Origin: Harriotta raleighana
Taxonomy: Eukaryota
Assembly (NCBI GenBank): GCA_050575255.1
Contig: JBNZDD010013683.1
Location: 2,783,928-2,847,927 of the forward strand
Length of the DNA stretch: 64,000 nucleotides
Direction of reading: 5' to 3'
Positions 12,526 through 25,012 of this stretch are shown piece after piece. Within the stretch, counting starts at the first letter, position 1. Each line of letters starts with the position of its first letter. A program made the translations under genes and the position numbers. A model generated the notes under the pieces. It was given only the letters and a program-made list of their open reading frames with translations, ran no database searches and was not told the DNA's origin.

Positions 12526-12604
12526 TACTTGATTAAAGGAGAAAGTCTAGTTCAAAACAATCCTATCCCTAGACATTCTTTCCCTTTAAGTGTGTCTTAC
12601 TAAC

Positions 12605-12715
12605 AAGGTTGATTGGCACAGTCCACCTTCACTTCAAAACTAAGGGTTTGAATCCAGTCCAATAAAATTGTGCATATTCCTGTGAATCTCAGTCCAGGGG
12701 TGAAGGTGCCCATTA
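12605..12715 (+). mobile_element. old SINE fragment, LF-SINE-like
   Basis: ccttcacttc...gggtttgaatccagtcc...tctcagtccag...aggtgcc. Confidence 0.3.
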
Positions 12716-14780
12716 ACCTATAGCTTTCACTCATCAAAAGTAAGAAAAATAATCCATTAGCATGTAGACGCGTGAAATGATATGTGGATGTGTCCATGAC
12801 TACCTAGTTCTTTTGAACAAGAATGAAAGGAATTCATGTCTTTTTGTCCGCTTTTAAAAAGACATTTTCCTCACGGCTGCAAAGGTTACTAAGTTCAGCG
12901 AAGATCTGTATGGTAAACTTTTATTAATGTTGGACTAGTTTAATTTTCACTTGTAACATTTGAGATGCTTCAGAATGAAGAAATTGTCGTCTCAATTTGG
13001 TTGAATACAGTCAGAGGTGACAGAAGGCTTTTTACAATGGTTTTCTAACCCACTCTGCCGCCTACTTCCTGATTCAATTATTTTTTATTGCACCCGTTCC
13101 AGTCGTACATCATGCCATAAAGAGTTCACTTTCAATTATTTTATATCCTATATATTACTTTAAAAGTTGGCATGCAATGTGCTGCTGGAAAAAAAGAAAA
13201 GAAGTGAATATTGATCAAATCCAGAACGAATAATGTTAACAATATTTAAAAGGTAAAATATAATTGCAGCAAGAACTCTACCACACTTTAACATAATACA
13301 GTTTGGGTCAAATAATGGGAATATTTTAGGTGCGCTTCAGAAATCCAATAAGAAAGTGCAGTGTAAGTTCCTTCATTTTCCACCGCTTCTGGATGATGCT
13401 GTAAATGTATATTCACTGATAGTTTCTCAAATTCACATTTTTTTTATATTATACTGAACAAAAATAGAAGTCCTGCGCACCCCTTGTAATGCTTCAATAG
13501 GATTCAATATAGCTCGGAAAGGGAGGATTATTGGTTTGTGCAGTGGTTTTTATTTACTGTACTTGTTGTTTCAACAAAATGTGCTTCTTGCTTGGTCGAA
13601 TTGGAATTTTTGTGGTGGTTTTCACTATATCTCTGGCATGTACATGTAAGAAGACATGTACATTGGTTCATTTAAAATATCATTTGTACTGCTTTGGATC
13701 ATTCCTGGTTCTGTGGTCGATATGGAAATTCACTTATGAGACATAGAGCAATAAATACTCATTGCTCAGTACAAACTGAGTTAGTGTAAGTTCATTTCTG
13801 AATGTGCATTTCAAATGTAAGAATTTTGCTTTTCAAATTCATAAATTCACAAATGGAAGAATCATATTCACAAAGAATTGCTCTGGTTCACATCAAATAT
13901 GTAAAATAATTGGCTTTGGGCTTGTCCTTTCATGTTTATTATCAGTTGTAGACATAGCTGAAAATGGCCAAGCAGGTTTCAATAGACAAAGTTTTCTTGA
14001 CTGCAGTAATGAGCAGAACTGAGCAGAATTCATGTCTTCTGTGACGGAGGAAGCAGCTCACCTGAAAGTAGCAGCAACTCATTTTTCTACATTGGCTCAA
14101 ACTTCTCAAACCCAAGACAAAACAAGAAATACGTAACATATTTCTATTATATAAGAAGCAACACTCATTGAATGTTTTTAAATGGACAAAACAAATTATA
14201 CATCTATGTGTGAATGCACAATACTCTCTGTATGTGAATTTCAAATGCAAGATACTCTGTTTTTCTTTCGACAAAATCAACACTATTGAATATGGACAAT
14301 TAATTGTTAAATGCCCCAGGTAATTTGGCTAAACACAAATGTGTTTCCATAAATCTAGCTCTTCCAACTTTCTCATCTCATGTTTCCTGCAGTATTGTGA
14401 GTGACCTGTCGTTGAACCCGGGTGAAAAATGACTTTGATATCAAGTAATTATCACGGATGATCGTCTGACAGTACGGGTCAAGTAGAGAAGATGACCTGG
14501 TTACTTGTATAAATGAGCACGTCAACTGTGGTGCAGTGGTTACTGGCACTTGTACGGAAGTAGGTGATAGCAGTCATGAGAGTTCTTTCCTGCCACGGTA
14601 ATCAGAAATATTGCGGAAACATTACCCAGCATAATATCTATGGAGGAAATAGTGAAATACAAATTCCAGTGTTTATAAAATGGCCAATGAGAGTCAGGAG
14701 AAGGAAGAAATTGGCATAAATGTTCATTTTAAAACATATTGTCACAAAAAAAAATTAAGTTAAAACATATTGAACAATAT

Positions 14781-14935
14781 ATAATAATTATTTTTGCTTT
14801 TACTTTCAACAGTGGATGATCACACTGTTGAAACCTTTCAAAGTGCTTCACAGAAGATATTGTAAAGCGGATTGATTGTGTGTTCTTGTGGGTGAAACGC
14901 GGCAGCCAATTGCACACAGCAGCGTCGTATAGACG
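14781..14935 (-). mobile_element. SINE A 3' half
   Basis: gggtgaaacgcggcagccaattgcacacagcag is the antisense SINE body. Confidence 0.85.
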
Positions 14936-15739
14936 GTTAGAATTTTTACATTAACTTTTACATTAGCAGGAAACACTCTGAGGTGATCTCATTACCACTT
15001 GATTACCCAAAGCAAATCCAAATTGGGGCAATTTTGAGGTTTCAAAATGAATCTGGTCAATTTATATTTTTAATTTAGTTCATAAAAATGTCACTATTTT
15101 ATTTACTCTCAAGTCATGCAGTATTCCAGATTGCTCTCAGTATGTTCTGAAGACCACATTCAAGCAATCAAATGGCTTTGATGACATTATAAACCACAGG
15201 AGGAACCCAAGCAAATGAATTTCAAGCTGCAATTTCAGCCTTTCTCTGACTCAGCTGTGATGAGGGTGAAATAAACTGATTCACTGAGAGGTAAATGGCA
15301 AATGTTTCTCACAGGCAATGAGTTTTATATCACCAGGTAATTCATAAAACAGGCGTTTATATTGGTTTTACTGTACATAATATAATTCGTAGCTTATGTG
15401 CCAGTATGTAATATCGTCTACTAACCTCTTGATATTGACAATGAATATAATGATTCAGTGAGTCACTTAATATTGCAGTATTTGGAATAATCAAAAACAA
15501 ATCTTCAATCTACTGTATAAATCACTGAACATTGGTTCTTTGTGTGGCAATTCTATAGCTAATTAATAACAATAATAATAATCATGCTGGCTTTGGAGGC
15601 CATCCTCCTATCCCTAACCCTACCCTCCACCCTACCTGAATCCTCAGCTTGATATAGAGAATGATAATTTGTTGTTGTTGTTGTAGTGATAGCAACTTTC
15701 ACGTTCTTGCTGACACAGGGCGATATTAATGCATTGACC

Positions 15740-15870
15740 AAAACTGCTGTTTTGCACTGCAGTGAAGTTTAAACTTCAGGTGAAATCCCATTAATTAGAT
15801 TAAACATATCTCATATTTGGAGATATGTTTGATCTCTCGAATGGAATTTCATAGTAAACTGTGCAGTTTT
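15740..15870. repeat. palindromic (inverted-repeat) element
   Basis: 71-nt hairpin 15781-15851 plus a perfect 16-bp palindrome at 15763-15778. Confidence 0.75.
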
Positions 15871-16489
15871 TTGCAAAGATCCGGATTTTTTTTCCAAGGG
15901 TTAAAAGACCTGTGTCGTTATTTTGGTAGGCTTATTTTCCTCTCTGTTCATAATAATTATGTTGCGACATGATAGTGAAATCAGCATCAAAACCAATACA
16001 GTATTGCTATGTGAGAATGTCATTGTAAAGGGGCTAGTTCTCAGAAAATGAAACAAAATAATCTTTCGTAACTCACAAAAATAGTGCTTCTTTAAGAAGA
16101 TTACTCTAAAATACTATATTTCAGTAGTGCCGAGTCTTGAATGCATTGCTACTATAGTTGGTATATTTAATTGGGACCATATTTATAGATAAATGTATTT
16201 GTCAAGTTTATTTGAGTCAACATTGAATTAATTACATCTAGCATCTGTTAGGAGCACCAATCAGTGTGAAGTTTTGTTCTATTTGAAGAAGTGTAAATAT
16301 ATGCCATCAAGATTTGTGTATGTGCTGGAACAATCAAAATTGTACTATAATTATTATTAAACATATCTTTACTGAATACTCTGCCAACAGTAAATAAACT
16401 AAATCATTGTTTGCCATATCATTTGGTGTAGCATCTTATTACATAGTAGAAATGTTTCAAACCGCATCAGAGGATTTTTACTCTAAAGT

Positions 16490-16760
16490 GTGTAAAAAAA
16501 AAATTATGACCATGTATTTAGTGGTGTGTTTCTTCACATAAACCAATCTAATCCCACTCTCCACCTTGCCATCTGATATTTCTCTAATATTCCTCTTTTT
16601 CAAGCAACTATCTGAATTTATTTTAAAATGATTGATGAGCTCTTTCTTGGGAACAGTTTGTAGAAGAAGAATTCCACATTCCATCTGTCCTCTAAGCAAA
16701 AATAACTGACACAACAGTTTTGTCTCAAAGCCAGATTAATTAAATGAACCTTTTTGATTA
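16490..16760 (-). mobile_element. degraded CR1 3' region
   Basis: accaatctaatcccactc...caactatctgaatt...gaattccacattccatc is typical antisense CR1 3' end sequence. Confidence 0.5.
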
Positions 16761-18689
16761 AGAGAATCTACCTTGCTCTAGAATGATCTCCTTTCTCTGT
16801 CTTGAAGTGTTAACAACAGTAGTGAACAGTGTAATCACGCCAGACATTGCTCTCCATAGCATGATTAGAAGAATGAGTATGTGTTGGCCTTTTCAAATTG
16901 TGTATAATCCAATTTGCAACTCTGTAAATTGGCTTGGAGTTGCACATCTGCAAAGGGCTATAATAAATGCTTGCATTGTTTTATGAAACCAGGAGGAAGG
17001 TTGCAGGGAATGATAAGGTATGTGAGTCACTTCACTGTAAGGATATGAATATAATCCTTTTTTTCAAAAAAAACTGCACTAAATTTAATGAGATCTTCTC
17101 CTAATAATTGGTTTAATGTCATTTTAGCCATTGTACGCTTATGTGTTATGGCTGGGTTAATTCAAATGGAATTTCCAAATGCTCCTGTTACATTATTTCC
17201 AGGTGAAATATACCAACAAGCACATCAAGGTGTTGAATATTTCAGGCGTCAATTTAGTATATTTGTGTCATGCATATTTAATCGTTGTAAAATATAAGAT
17301 CCAGGTTACCCTGGCCACAGGTCCGTAGACAAGCATAATGAGACTTCAGGATTGAAATATACTGTATGTAAAATGATGAGCACATAGACAAATCCATTCT
17401 TTGAGATCACCAACAAAAATGTTAAATACCACATAAGCCCAAGCCATTTGCAGTACAAGTATAGATTGCCATAAATATTTTAACTAACATTTGTCTTTAG
17501 TTACACAAAGCTGTTGAGGCTGGCTAGCGACGTGGAGAATGTTAATGTTATATTTGTGGGGATTATTATTTTGATTAATAAGGGCATGTCGAATTATTGG
17601 TAAATACCCAGGCTGCTATTGTTTTCTAGATGACAAACCATGACCACTGTCGCGACAATTTGTGTGCAGTGATAATAACCTTGTGTCTTACACTTTTATG
17701 TCTCATTTCCTTGGTTAATGCCCTTTTGGTCCTGATATTTTTTTTAATATTACATTCAGAGCTTTACAGTACAGTGACTCACATTCATTCCATTTCCACT
17801 GAATCTTCCTCCCAGGCTTGTAGAACAATATGATAATTTATAAAAGCTTCTGCAGACGTATTATACAGCATCAACTGTTCTTTATTATAGTGGTATTTAA
17901 ATTAGGGCATGATTTCATTCTATGATTAACTGTTCCCAAAGTCATGCACAAAGTAATCTTTATTTTACTTGAACTTTGCTGGTCAAAAAAAAACTCTCCC
18001 ACAATGTGCATGACAGTTCAGTTTTGATATTAATTTCAAAGTTTGTTCTTTCGGGAAGACTATTTTAACTTTGAGTGAATAAGCAGTATTTCAAATGTTG
18101 TTAGTGAAACTCTGTCCTATATTTTGGATGAGTTTTTACATGAGTAAAGTAATGACATTGAATCATTTTAAATGAAGTCACAATGAATGAATGAATGAAT
18201 TCTTTGTTTCTCTGTTTACAGTTGCTCAAGCCATTTCCAACTAAGTCCATGCATTAGCTTTTCTCAGAAACTATTGATGGGGGCTAAAATTGCAGTTCAT
18301 TTGAGGAATCCAGATCAAAAGGTTAAATGAAATGTTTTGAAAAAATAACCCAACTTTTATCATGTGATGAGTGAGTATTCCTGATTCATCACTACACTTG
18401 TCAGTAACTATTGGAAAGTGTTTGGAGATGTTTCAATGTAGTAAGAGTTGTATATAAACACTAGTTGTTTTTTTTTTAAAAGCATACTGTTTGATGCTAT
18501 TATCTGGCCTCGTGGGAAGTAAGTGAAAGATGACCATAATTTATTTTGAATTGAACAAAAACGTAAGGAATTCCGCTTATAGGCATGGTGTTTATTTGAA
18601 TTCTCTGATAATCCAGGTAATATTTCCTTTGAGAGTGACATTCATTCAGTCTTAAAAAAGTCTACATTTGACAGTAATTATAACCATAA

Positions 18690-19010
18690 AAATTTATAGC
18701 ACAGAGAGGCTGACATTTGAAGGCCATTTTGGCTCTTTGAGCCTGTGCTGCTTCTCTGAAAGAGCAGTGGGTTTAGTCTCATTCTCCTGCCTCATGATCA
18801 TATCCTTTCATATTTCTCCTTATATGATATTTATCTACACTAGTTCCCTCTCAAAAGCTTTCATGGATTATGCCTCAATCATCATTCTGGAGAGAGTATT
18901 CCACTGTTTAACAACCATTTGTGTAAAAACATTCTCATTCCTTCTTCCTTTGCTCTTTTAGAGATTACCTTAAATCTAAGTCCTGTACTCCAGTAAATCT
19001 TTTCCCTTAC
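18690..19010 (-). mobile_element. CR1 LINE 3' end
   Basis: atagcacagagaggc...gagcctgtgctgcttctctgaaagagc...ttccactgtttaacaaccatttgtgtaaaaacattctc. Confidence 0.7.
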
Positions 19011-19699
19011 ATTAATGTAAATGATCAAAAATCAAGTAGCATTGTATTGTAGTCATGGCCGATTATTGACGTAGCTATTTTGTAAAAAGGGTCTGAATAT
19101 TAAAAAGAGATTAAATATATGCTGATGCAACATTACGCAAGTAATGTAGGTGGCTTTTGTTTGAAAGAACAAACTTGTAGAATCACAGGTTACTGACTTT
19201 TTAAGAAGCAGACTCAACATTGACACAGCCTTCATGTTGTTGAAGAAAATAAGTTGTGGATGATATTTTACATTGGGTTTTTCTTTAAATTTCCTTCAAT
19301 TATTTTCTTATTTACTTTTTAACTCACAGGGCAGTGAAGTTCCAAGGATTACAGTAGATTCTTTTTAACAAAATATACAAATATTGTATGTAAATTTCTC
19401 TGATTGTCAGAATGTTCATCTTATGAATTCAAAGATACTGCATTGGATTGAATTACAGAACAAATATTTTACTTTCAAAGCTGCAAATGATATTTATTGG
19501 GGATATTGAAGTGTATATGTTCTACGGTAATAAACCCCAACATATAAATGCCGCCAGTTTTTAAAAAAAAGTATTTCAATTCTGTAGCTGAAATGTCTAT
19601 TGTGCACTTTCCCATGAATAGGCAATGATTTCGCTTTTAATAATGTTTATTCTGGACATGGCTGTTATTATTTTAATTTACTCTTCAGACTCCAATACC

Positions 19700-19770
19700 A
19701 CAATGACAACAACTTGCATTTATGTCGTATCCTTCCCACAGGATTACCTCACAGTGCTGGTACACCACAA
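19700..19770 (-). mobile_element. degraded L2/SINE tail
   Basis: acaacaacttgcatttatgtcg antisense tail. Confidence 0.5.
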
Positions 19771-20008
19771 AGAGTGAATGTGTAATTAGTGGGGAATATA
19801 AGAAAAGGGGAATGTGAGCATGAATGGTTAATTCACAGTATGGTCAGTTCATAAGTACATTACATTACTTGTATTTTTTTGTAACTTTGAGGTTCTGCTG
19901 AATACTCTGCTTCAAAAGAAGGAGATGTACAAACCCCAAGAATCCTCACTTCTCTCTAGATAACTTTCAATCATTTGCAATTACGATGTTTCCAAAGACA
20001 TTTTGGTG

Positions 20009-20406
20009 GCCCTCCATAGCCTTGCCCCACCCCTACCTCTGCGATCTCCAAACCCCCTTACCAACTTGTCTGTTCCCTCCACTCAGTGATCTCCGATCTG
20101 TTCCATGACCCTCGACCGACCCTCGCCACCATCGGCGGGCAAACCTTCAGCCATTCTGCCCCCAATCTTTGGGATTTCATCCCACAATCCCTTTGCCTCG
20201 TCCCATCCCTCGCCTCCTTCAGGTCCTGCCTCAAGATCCTCCTCTTTGACCGTGCCATCAGTCACTGCCCTAACGCCTTTCCTACCACCCTCCTTGATCC
20301 CGACCGCAACTTGGGTCTGAAACGCTGACTGACCAGCACTTTGGGATGTCCTCTTGAAATGAAAAGCAGTAAACAAATGTGATTTTGTTGTTGTTGTTGT
20401 TGTTGT
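20009..20406 (+). mobile_element. L2 LINE 3' fragment (ORF2 C-terminus and 3' UTR)
   Basis: ORF 20086-20328 reads TIGGQTFSHSAPNLWDFIP...SLASFRSCLKILLFDRA, matching the L2 ORF2 C-terminal GxRAFSxxAPxLWNxLP...FKxxLKTxLF motif; ends in stem-loop and (GTT)n. Confidence 0.9.
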
Positions 20407-21749
20407 TAAATGGCATTTTGGTATTGTTTATCATTTCCTTAACATTGTACACAACATTGTTACATACAATGTCACATAGGTCCTTTAGTAACCTTATTAT
20501 TCTGGCATTAGGATTGTTGAGTAATTGAGGCTGCCTCAGGTGATAGAACTTATCTTTATGTTGGTCGATTTATAGACTTGGGGGCCATGCAAAAAAACTA
20601 TATTTTTCTTCCAATCCAATTTAGCATTGTTGCATAACTAGATGATACGGGAACCTTCACGAACAATAAGACTATATTATTATTAATTATAATATGTAAT
20701 TCAATCACTTCGAAGTATTCATTGCTGAATTGTACCATGTATTTTCCAGGATACTCAAAATATCTGTCTCTGGGTAGAATGCACGAATACAGTTTCCTTT
20801 TCTTTCTCGAGGGAAATGTATGATTGGTGTACTTAAGGCTCTTTGAAAGCAATTCTTTGTTTTGTCAACCTGCCTTTGAACATCCACATCTGAAGCAAAG
20901 TATAATAACATAACATCAATGTGATGACAGTCGCGTAGGTGTGCCAAAGTGTGGGAAAGAAATTACAGTGTGAAAGTTGCTTAGAAAACTATTTGCACAC
21001 TGCATGTCTCTGCACATTACAATACTGATCTTTATAGGTTTCTAACTTTAAAATGGGATCATTCTTTTAACGGTAAGTGCTCTCAATTGTTGTGACGGAT
21101 CCATTATTTGAATTAGTGTGCCCACTTGGGAATTGAAACAGCCAGTTTAACCAAGGTAGAGAACTATTCCTTCGGTTGTATTATTTGCAATAATTCCTCT
21201 TTTTTTCATACTTTGTGAGGGAGAGTACAAAGCATCCACTATTTAAAGAAAAAACTCTTACAACACAAGTAAAACTTCACACAAAGGGCTCTTATTTAAT
21301 TTCTGCCCTAATTTAAGACATATGGTGTATCCAATTTGATCTCCACACTTCCCTTCAGAAATGTTTTGTACTTAAAGTTTCTTTTTTAAATGACTGTTTT
21401 ATTGGCACAGTGACTTGTATTTCCCTTGATGCAGTTATTAACACTTAACACTGAGTGGGTTCAATGCTACACTAAATTGAATGTGCTTGGAATGCCAATG
21501 GAATAGTTTAGTGTCCTATAAATATTGAATGATCTTTTGCGTAAACCGCCGGCACATTGCCGTGTCATCATTGTCGTATCTCAACTGACATTCAAGGTAA
21601 TTCTCAAATGTGATACTGGAAGTTTAAGAAGACACTCACCTTGATTCCAAGTCCCAACGTGGTGGTTGAGGTGGAATAGAATAGAAGCTATTAAAGTTAA
21701 CTACTGGATCACAAGTGCACTTCGATATATGCGATTGATAAGAATTCAC

Positions 21750-21920
21750 AAGAGAGGTTCAGATGAACACATTCGATGGCCCATTTGATATCATCCTTCT
21801 AGAATACCCACCCTAACATCGGCCCAATCGATCCTGTCCCATTTCCTGCCCTCAATTACCATTCTTGGACAATCTGTTGCAACCATTAATTACTCTCTAA
21901 ATATAGAAATACTTCTTGGT
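21750..21920 (-). mobile_element. CR1 3' end fragment
   Basis: gatggcccatttg...catccttctagaatacc...caaccattaattactctc. Confidence 0.5.
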
Positions 21921-21945
21921 GATGTGCCTACCTTTGACACTGTGA
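21921..21945 (+). repeat. 25-bp exact direct repeat, copy 1
   Basis: gatgtgcctacctttgacactgtga, identical to 23188-23212. Confidence 0.95.
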
Positions 21946-22299
21946 GGAAACCTGTGGATTTTGCATTAGTACTGAACATCCACTAAACCGATCAGAAGTA
22001 TTATCGTTGTGTCTTTGCATGACACAAAGAGGAAATACCTTTTGCTGGTAGCCCCAGCTGAGTAATAATAAATACATGTTTAAGATTTCAGTTGAGTCTA
22101 CCGTAAAGAGCCAATAAATCAAGGGAAAACATTGTTAAAAGTTCTGAGGCAAGGTAAGGTACAGTAGAAGCCAAGATAAATGCAAAAGGAGATGGAAAAG
22201 CAATAACTGGAATGAAAAGGTAACATTGAAAAAGCAGACTGTAATAGATATTAGTGCAAATGAAATGTGTTTCTTTTCAGTGGGATTATGGGAACATTC

Positions 22300-22790
22300 C
22301 TTAAGGATTGAGTGGGCACATAGTAGGGAAGACAATTTAACAATACGATAAGAGTTTTCACAACATTTTTTCATCATGAAAGAAATTGTTAGTATTGTAT
22401 TCCCATGTAGGTAACTGAAATGCTAGGGGATTTATTTGAGATATTGAGAAAATAGTGGTCAACATTAAACTTGTCTTGATTGCACAGGAGAGCGAGGAAA
22501 TATATGAAGGTAGAAAGAAGGTTAAGGAGGTTGTAGAAATTGAGCAAATCTCATTGGCCATATCTGTAGCATCTTAGGGACTCGAAGGCAACCATTGTGG
22601 TTTCATTTTTTTTTAAAAAAAAGGTCAAAATCATGATCCAAGGAATTACAACCATATTAGCCTAACATCTGTCTGGGGGCGGGGGGGGGAAATGAAGCCT
22701 TTTGCAAAGGTAACAGCTCCAGAGCATCTAAGTACAATAAATCCAACATCCATGGTCTTATTGAAGGCAGGTTATATGTAACACATTTAT
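22300..22790 (+). mobile_element. degraded CR1 ORF2 fragment
   Basis: aaaaaaggtcaaaatcatgatccaaggaattacaaccatattagcctaacatctgt resembles the FKKGxxxDPxNYRPISLTSV motif. Confidence 0.7.
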
Positions 22791-23009
22791 TTCTGCGCAT
22801 TTGCCATGTTTATCTTGCTGCAGCAAGCATTGAAATGGAAGTGGTTTCGAAGTCCTTGGTGGCTGTCACCGCTGCGGATCGCATGATTTAGATTGTGGGA
22901 GAGAGAGCCTGGGCAGGGATGGGGTACCCGGTGGGAGTGTTACTTTCAAAGGATTTTTCCAACTTGGGAATCGCGACTGACCAGCCGCAGGTCACAACTG
23001 GACGTTGCA

Positions 23010-23078
23010 AATGACACAATATAATTTACATTTATATTGTGCCTTTCACTCCGACAAGAAATTCTCAATGTCCTTGAC
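23010..23078 (-). mobile_element. degraded L2 tail
   Basis: atttacatttatattgtgcctttcac. Confidence 0.55.
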
Positions 23079-23187
23079 ACTGTGTGGCATTACAGTGCAC
23101 TAAGATAATTAGAATTGAGGCTGTTGCTGTTTTCCGACTATTTTGAATTATCTTCTTTCCAATACAAAATTGAGGCAATCTTTACCA

Positions 23188-23212
23188 GATGTGCCTACCT
23201 TTGACACTGTGA
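23188..23212 (+). repeat. 25-bp exact direct repeat, copy 2
   Basis: identical to 21921-21945. Confidence 0.95.
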
Positions 23213-23420
23213 TAATTATATGTGGGTCTGTCTATATATTTTTCACATTTTGACTGAAGCCGAACATAAAGGGAACCACACAAGTAAATCTATGTGTATT
23301 TACTGATGCACGCGCATTAACAGGGTTATTTATAAAAGGCTTGACATGTGTTCAACAGATGTACAATAGTATAAAACAATCCATGTGTTGAATACAGTTT
23401 GAACTTGTAGCATAGTATTC

Positions 23421-23732
23421 ATAATAATAACAATAATAATCCTTGCATTTGATATAGCGCTTTTCACTTCTTCTAGACGTCTCAAACGCTTCACAAAATA
23501 TACTACAATTCACCGCACATTTGTGGTCAAAACTCGGCAGTGAATTGCGCAGAGCAGTGTCCCACAAACAGTCGTAGATTAATTATTAAAAAAAAATCTT
23601 GAGGGATTATTATCAGACCTGTACAGTAAGGAAACATGCTCAAGGTTTCGCCCTGCTGGGAATCAAACCCATATCTCTCGCTTTCGAGGTGAGTGCTCTA
23701 ATCATTGAACTACAGGACTGAGCTACAGGACT
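23421..23732 (-). mobile_element. SINE family A, full length, with a duplicated 5' 13-mer
   Basis: antisense tail ataataatccttgcatttgatatagcgcttttcac; head tgaactacaggac followed by tgagctacaggac. Confidence 0.92.
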
Positions 23733-24929
23733 ATTATGAAAGAATGAAATAAACATATTAATCATTTGTGAGTTCTTTTAACGTAAAGCTTTACATTATA
23801 TACAGAATGAAAGACGTTTAGATGAGCACATTGGAAATTATGGATTCACTCTGCTGCATTGAATTGAATCATTTTGGAAACAAAAAGCAAAATCTCTAAC
23901 CATTTGTCTTTCAAAAATATACAAGACACAAATGTCCCATGATGGTCCTAAAACCAGGCTATGAAAAGATTTCTATTTTTAATCAGTTTAATAGAAGATA
24001 ACTCTCAGTGAAGGAAGCTTTGTGTGCTTGCTGTGCCTTAGTTTGTCGTCTAGAACTAGTGATTGTAATTACTTTGCAGTAAATAAGAAAAGAAACGTTG
24101 CCTTAATTGGGTTAGGTCATTATCCGCAGTGTTCGCACTCAGATGTGTGATACTCAATTGTCAGCTCAATAAGTTGGAAGAGGTTTGCTCTAGTAATTTA
24201 AAACCTACTTTAATGTTTTGTGACTGTGTTGAATCAGGTTACACTGACTGTGGTGAAGCAGGATGGAAGTAACCAGAAACTAAAGGTTGGTCAAACCTAA
24301 ACTGACAGAGGTAGCATTATGGTTAATGTTCTGTTGTGACTGTTGATTTCATGCCAAGGCTGGAACTAGTATTGGAATGATTATCGACTTGAAGGCCAAC
24401 CAAGTGGAACAATTTTTTAAGATGAAGGCAAAGGAAATGATCAGTTCTGACAGAAATAATATAAGTTCCCACGTATTGTACCAGGTGTCCTTCTAATTAC
24501 AACTCAGTGTCAAGTGAAATAACTGGGAATGCATTATAAATACAGTTTGTTCGCAACAAAGTTTTATTCCCAAGTAGATCTGATATCTTTTATTTGGATT
24601 GTAATGTCAAAAACAACTTGCGTAAGCTGTGATTTAAAAAAAATTCTTTGTTTTCCTTCCTTGGGGAGAACTTATTGACGTCTTGTCACCTGGATACCCA
24701 TGGTATTGCTTACAGGTAAAACACTGAACACCACCCACGAGCACATCACAGCCTGACATTTGTATTACACTTATGAGATTCTTCCCTTTGCATTTATTTA
24801 ATTAAAATTGCAGATTCGGTTCTAAAAAATCCCCCAATAAAACTGATGCAAGAGCTCTGCAGGGTTTCCTCCTGTTTTATCATTTCCCAAGCCAAGATAG
24901 AAAATCTGATTACTCAATAAAATAAAACT

Positions 24930-25012
24930 GGCTCTGGGATTTCCCTTCACTCATGCAAATTAAATCAAATTATTTCATCTGGCTCAGAAACATGGCAGAT
25001 AATGCAAATGGA
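24930..25012. promoter_or_regulatory. candidate enhancer core (NF-kB site, two octamers, E-box)
   Basis: GGGATTTCCC 24936-24945, ATGCAAAT 24953-24960 and 25002-25009, CATCTG 24976-24981; motif matches only. Confidence 0.3.
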
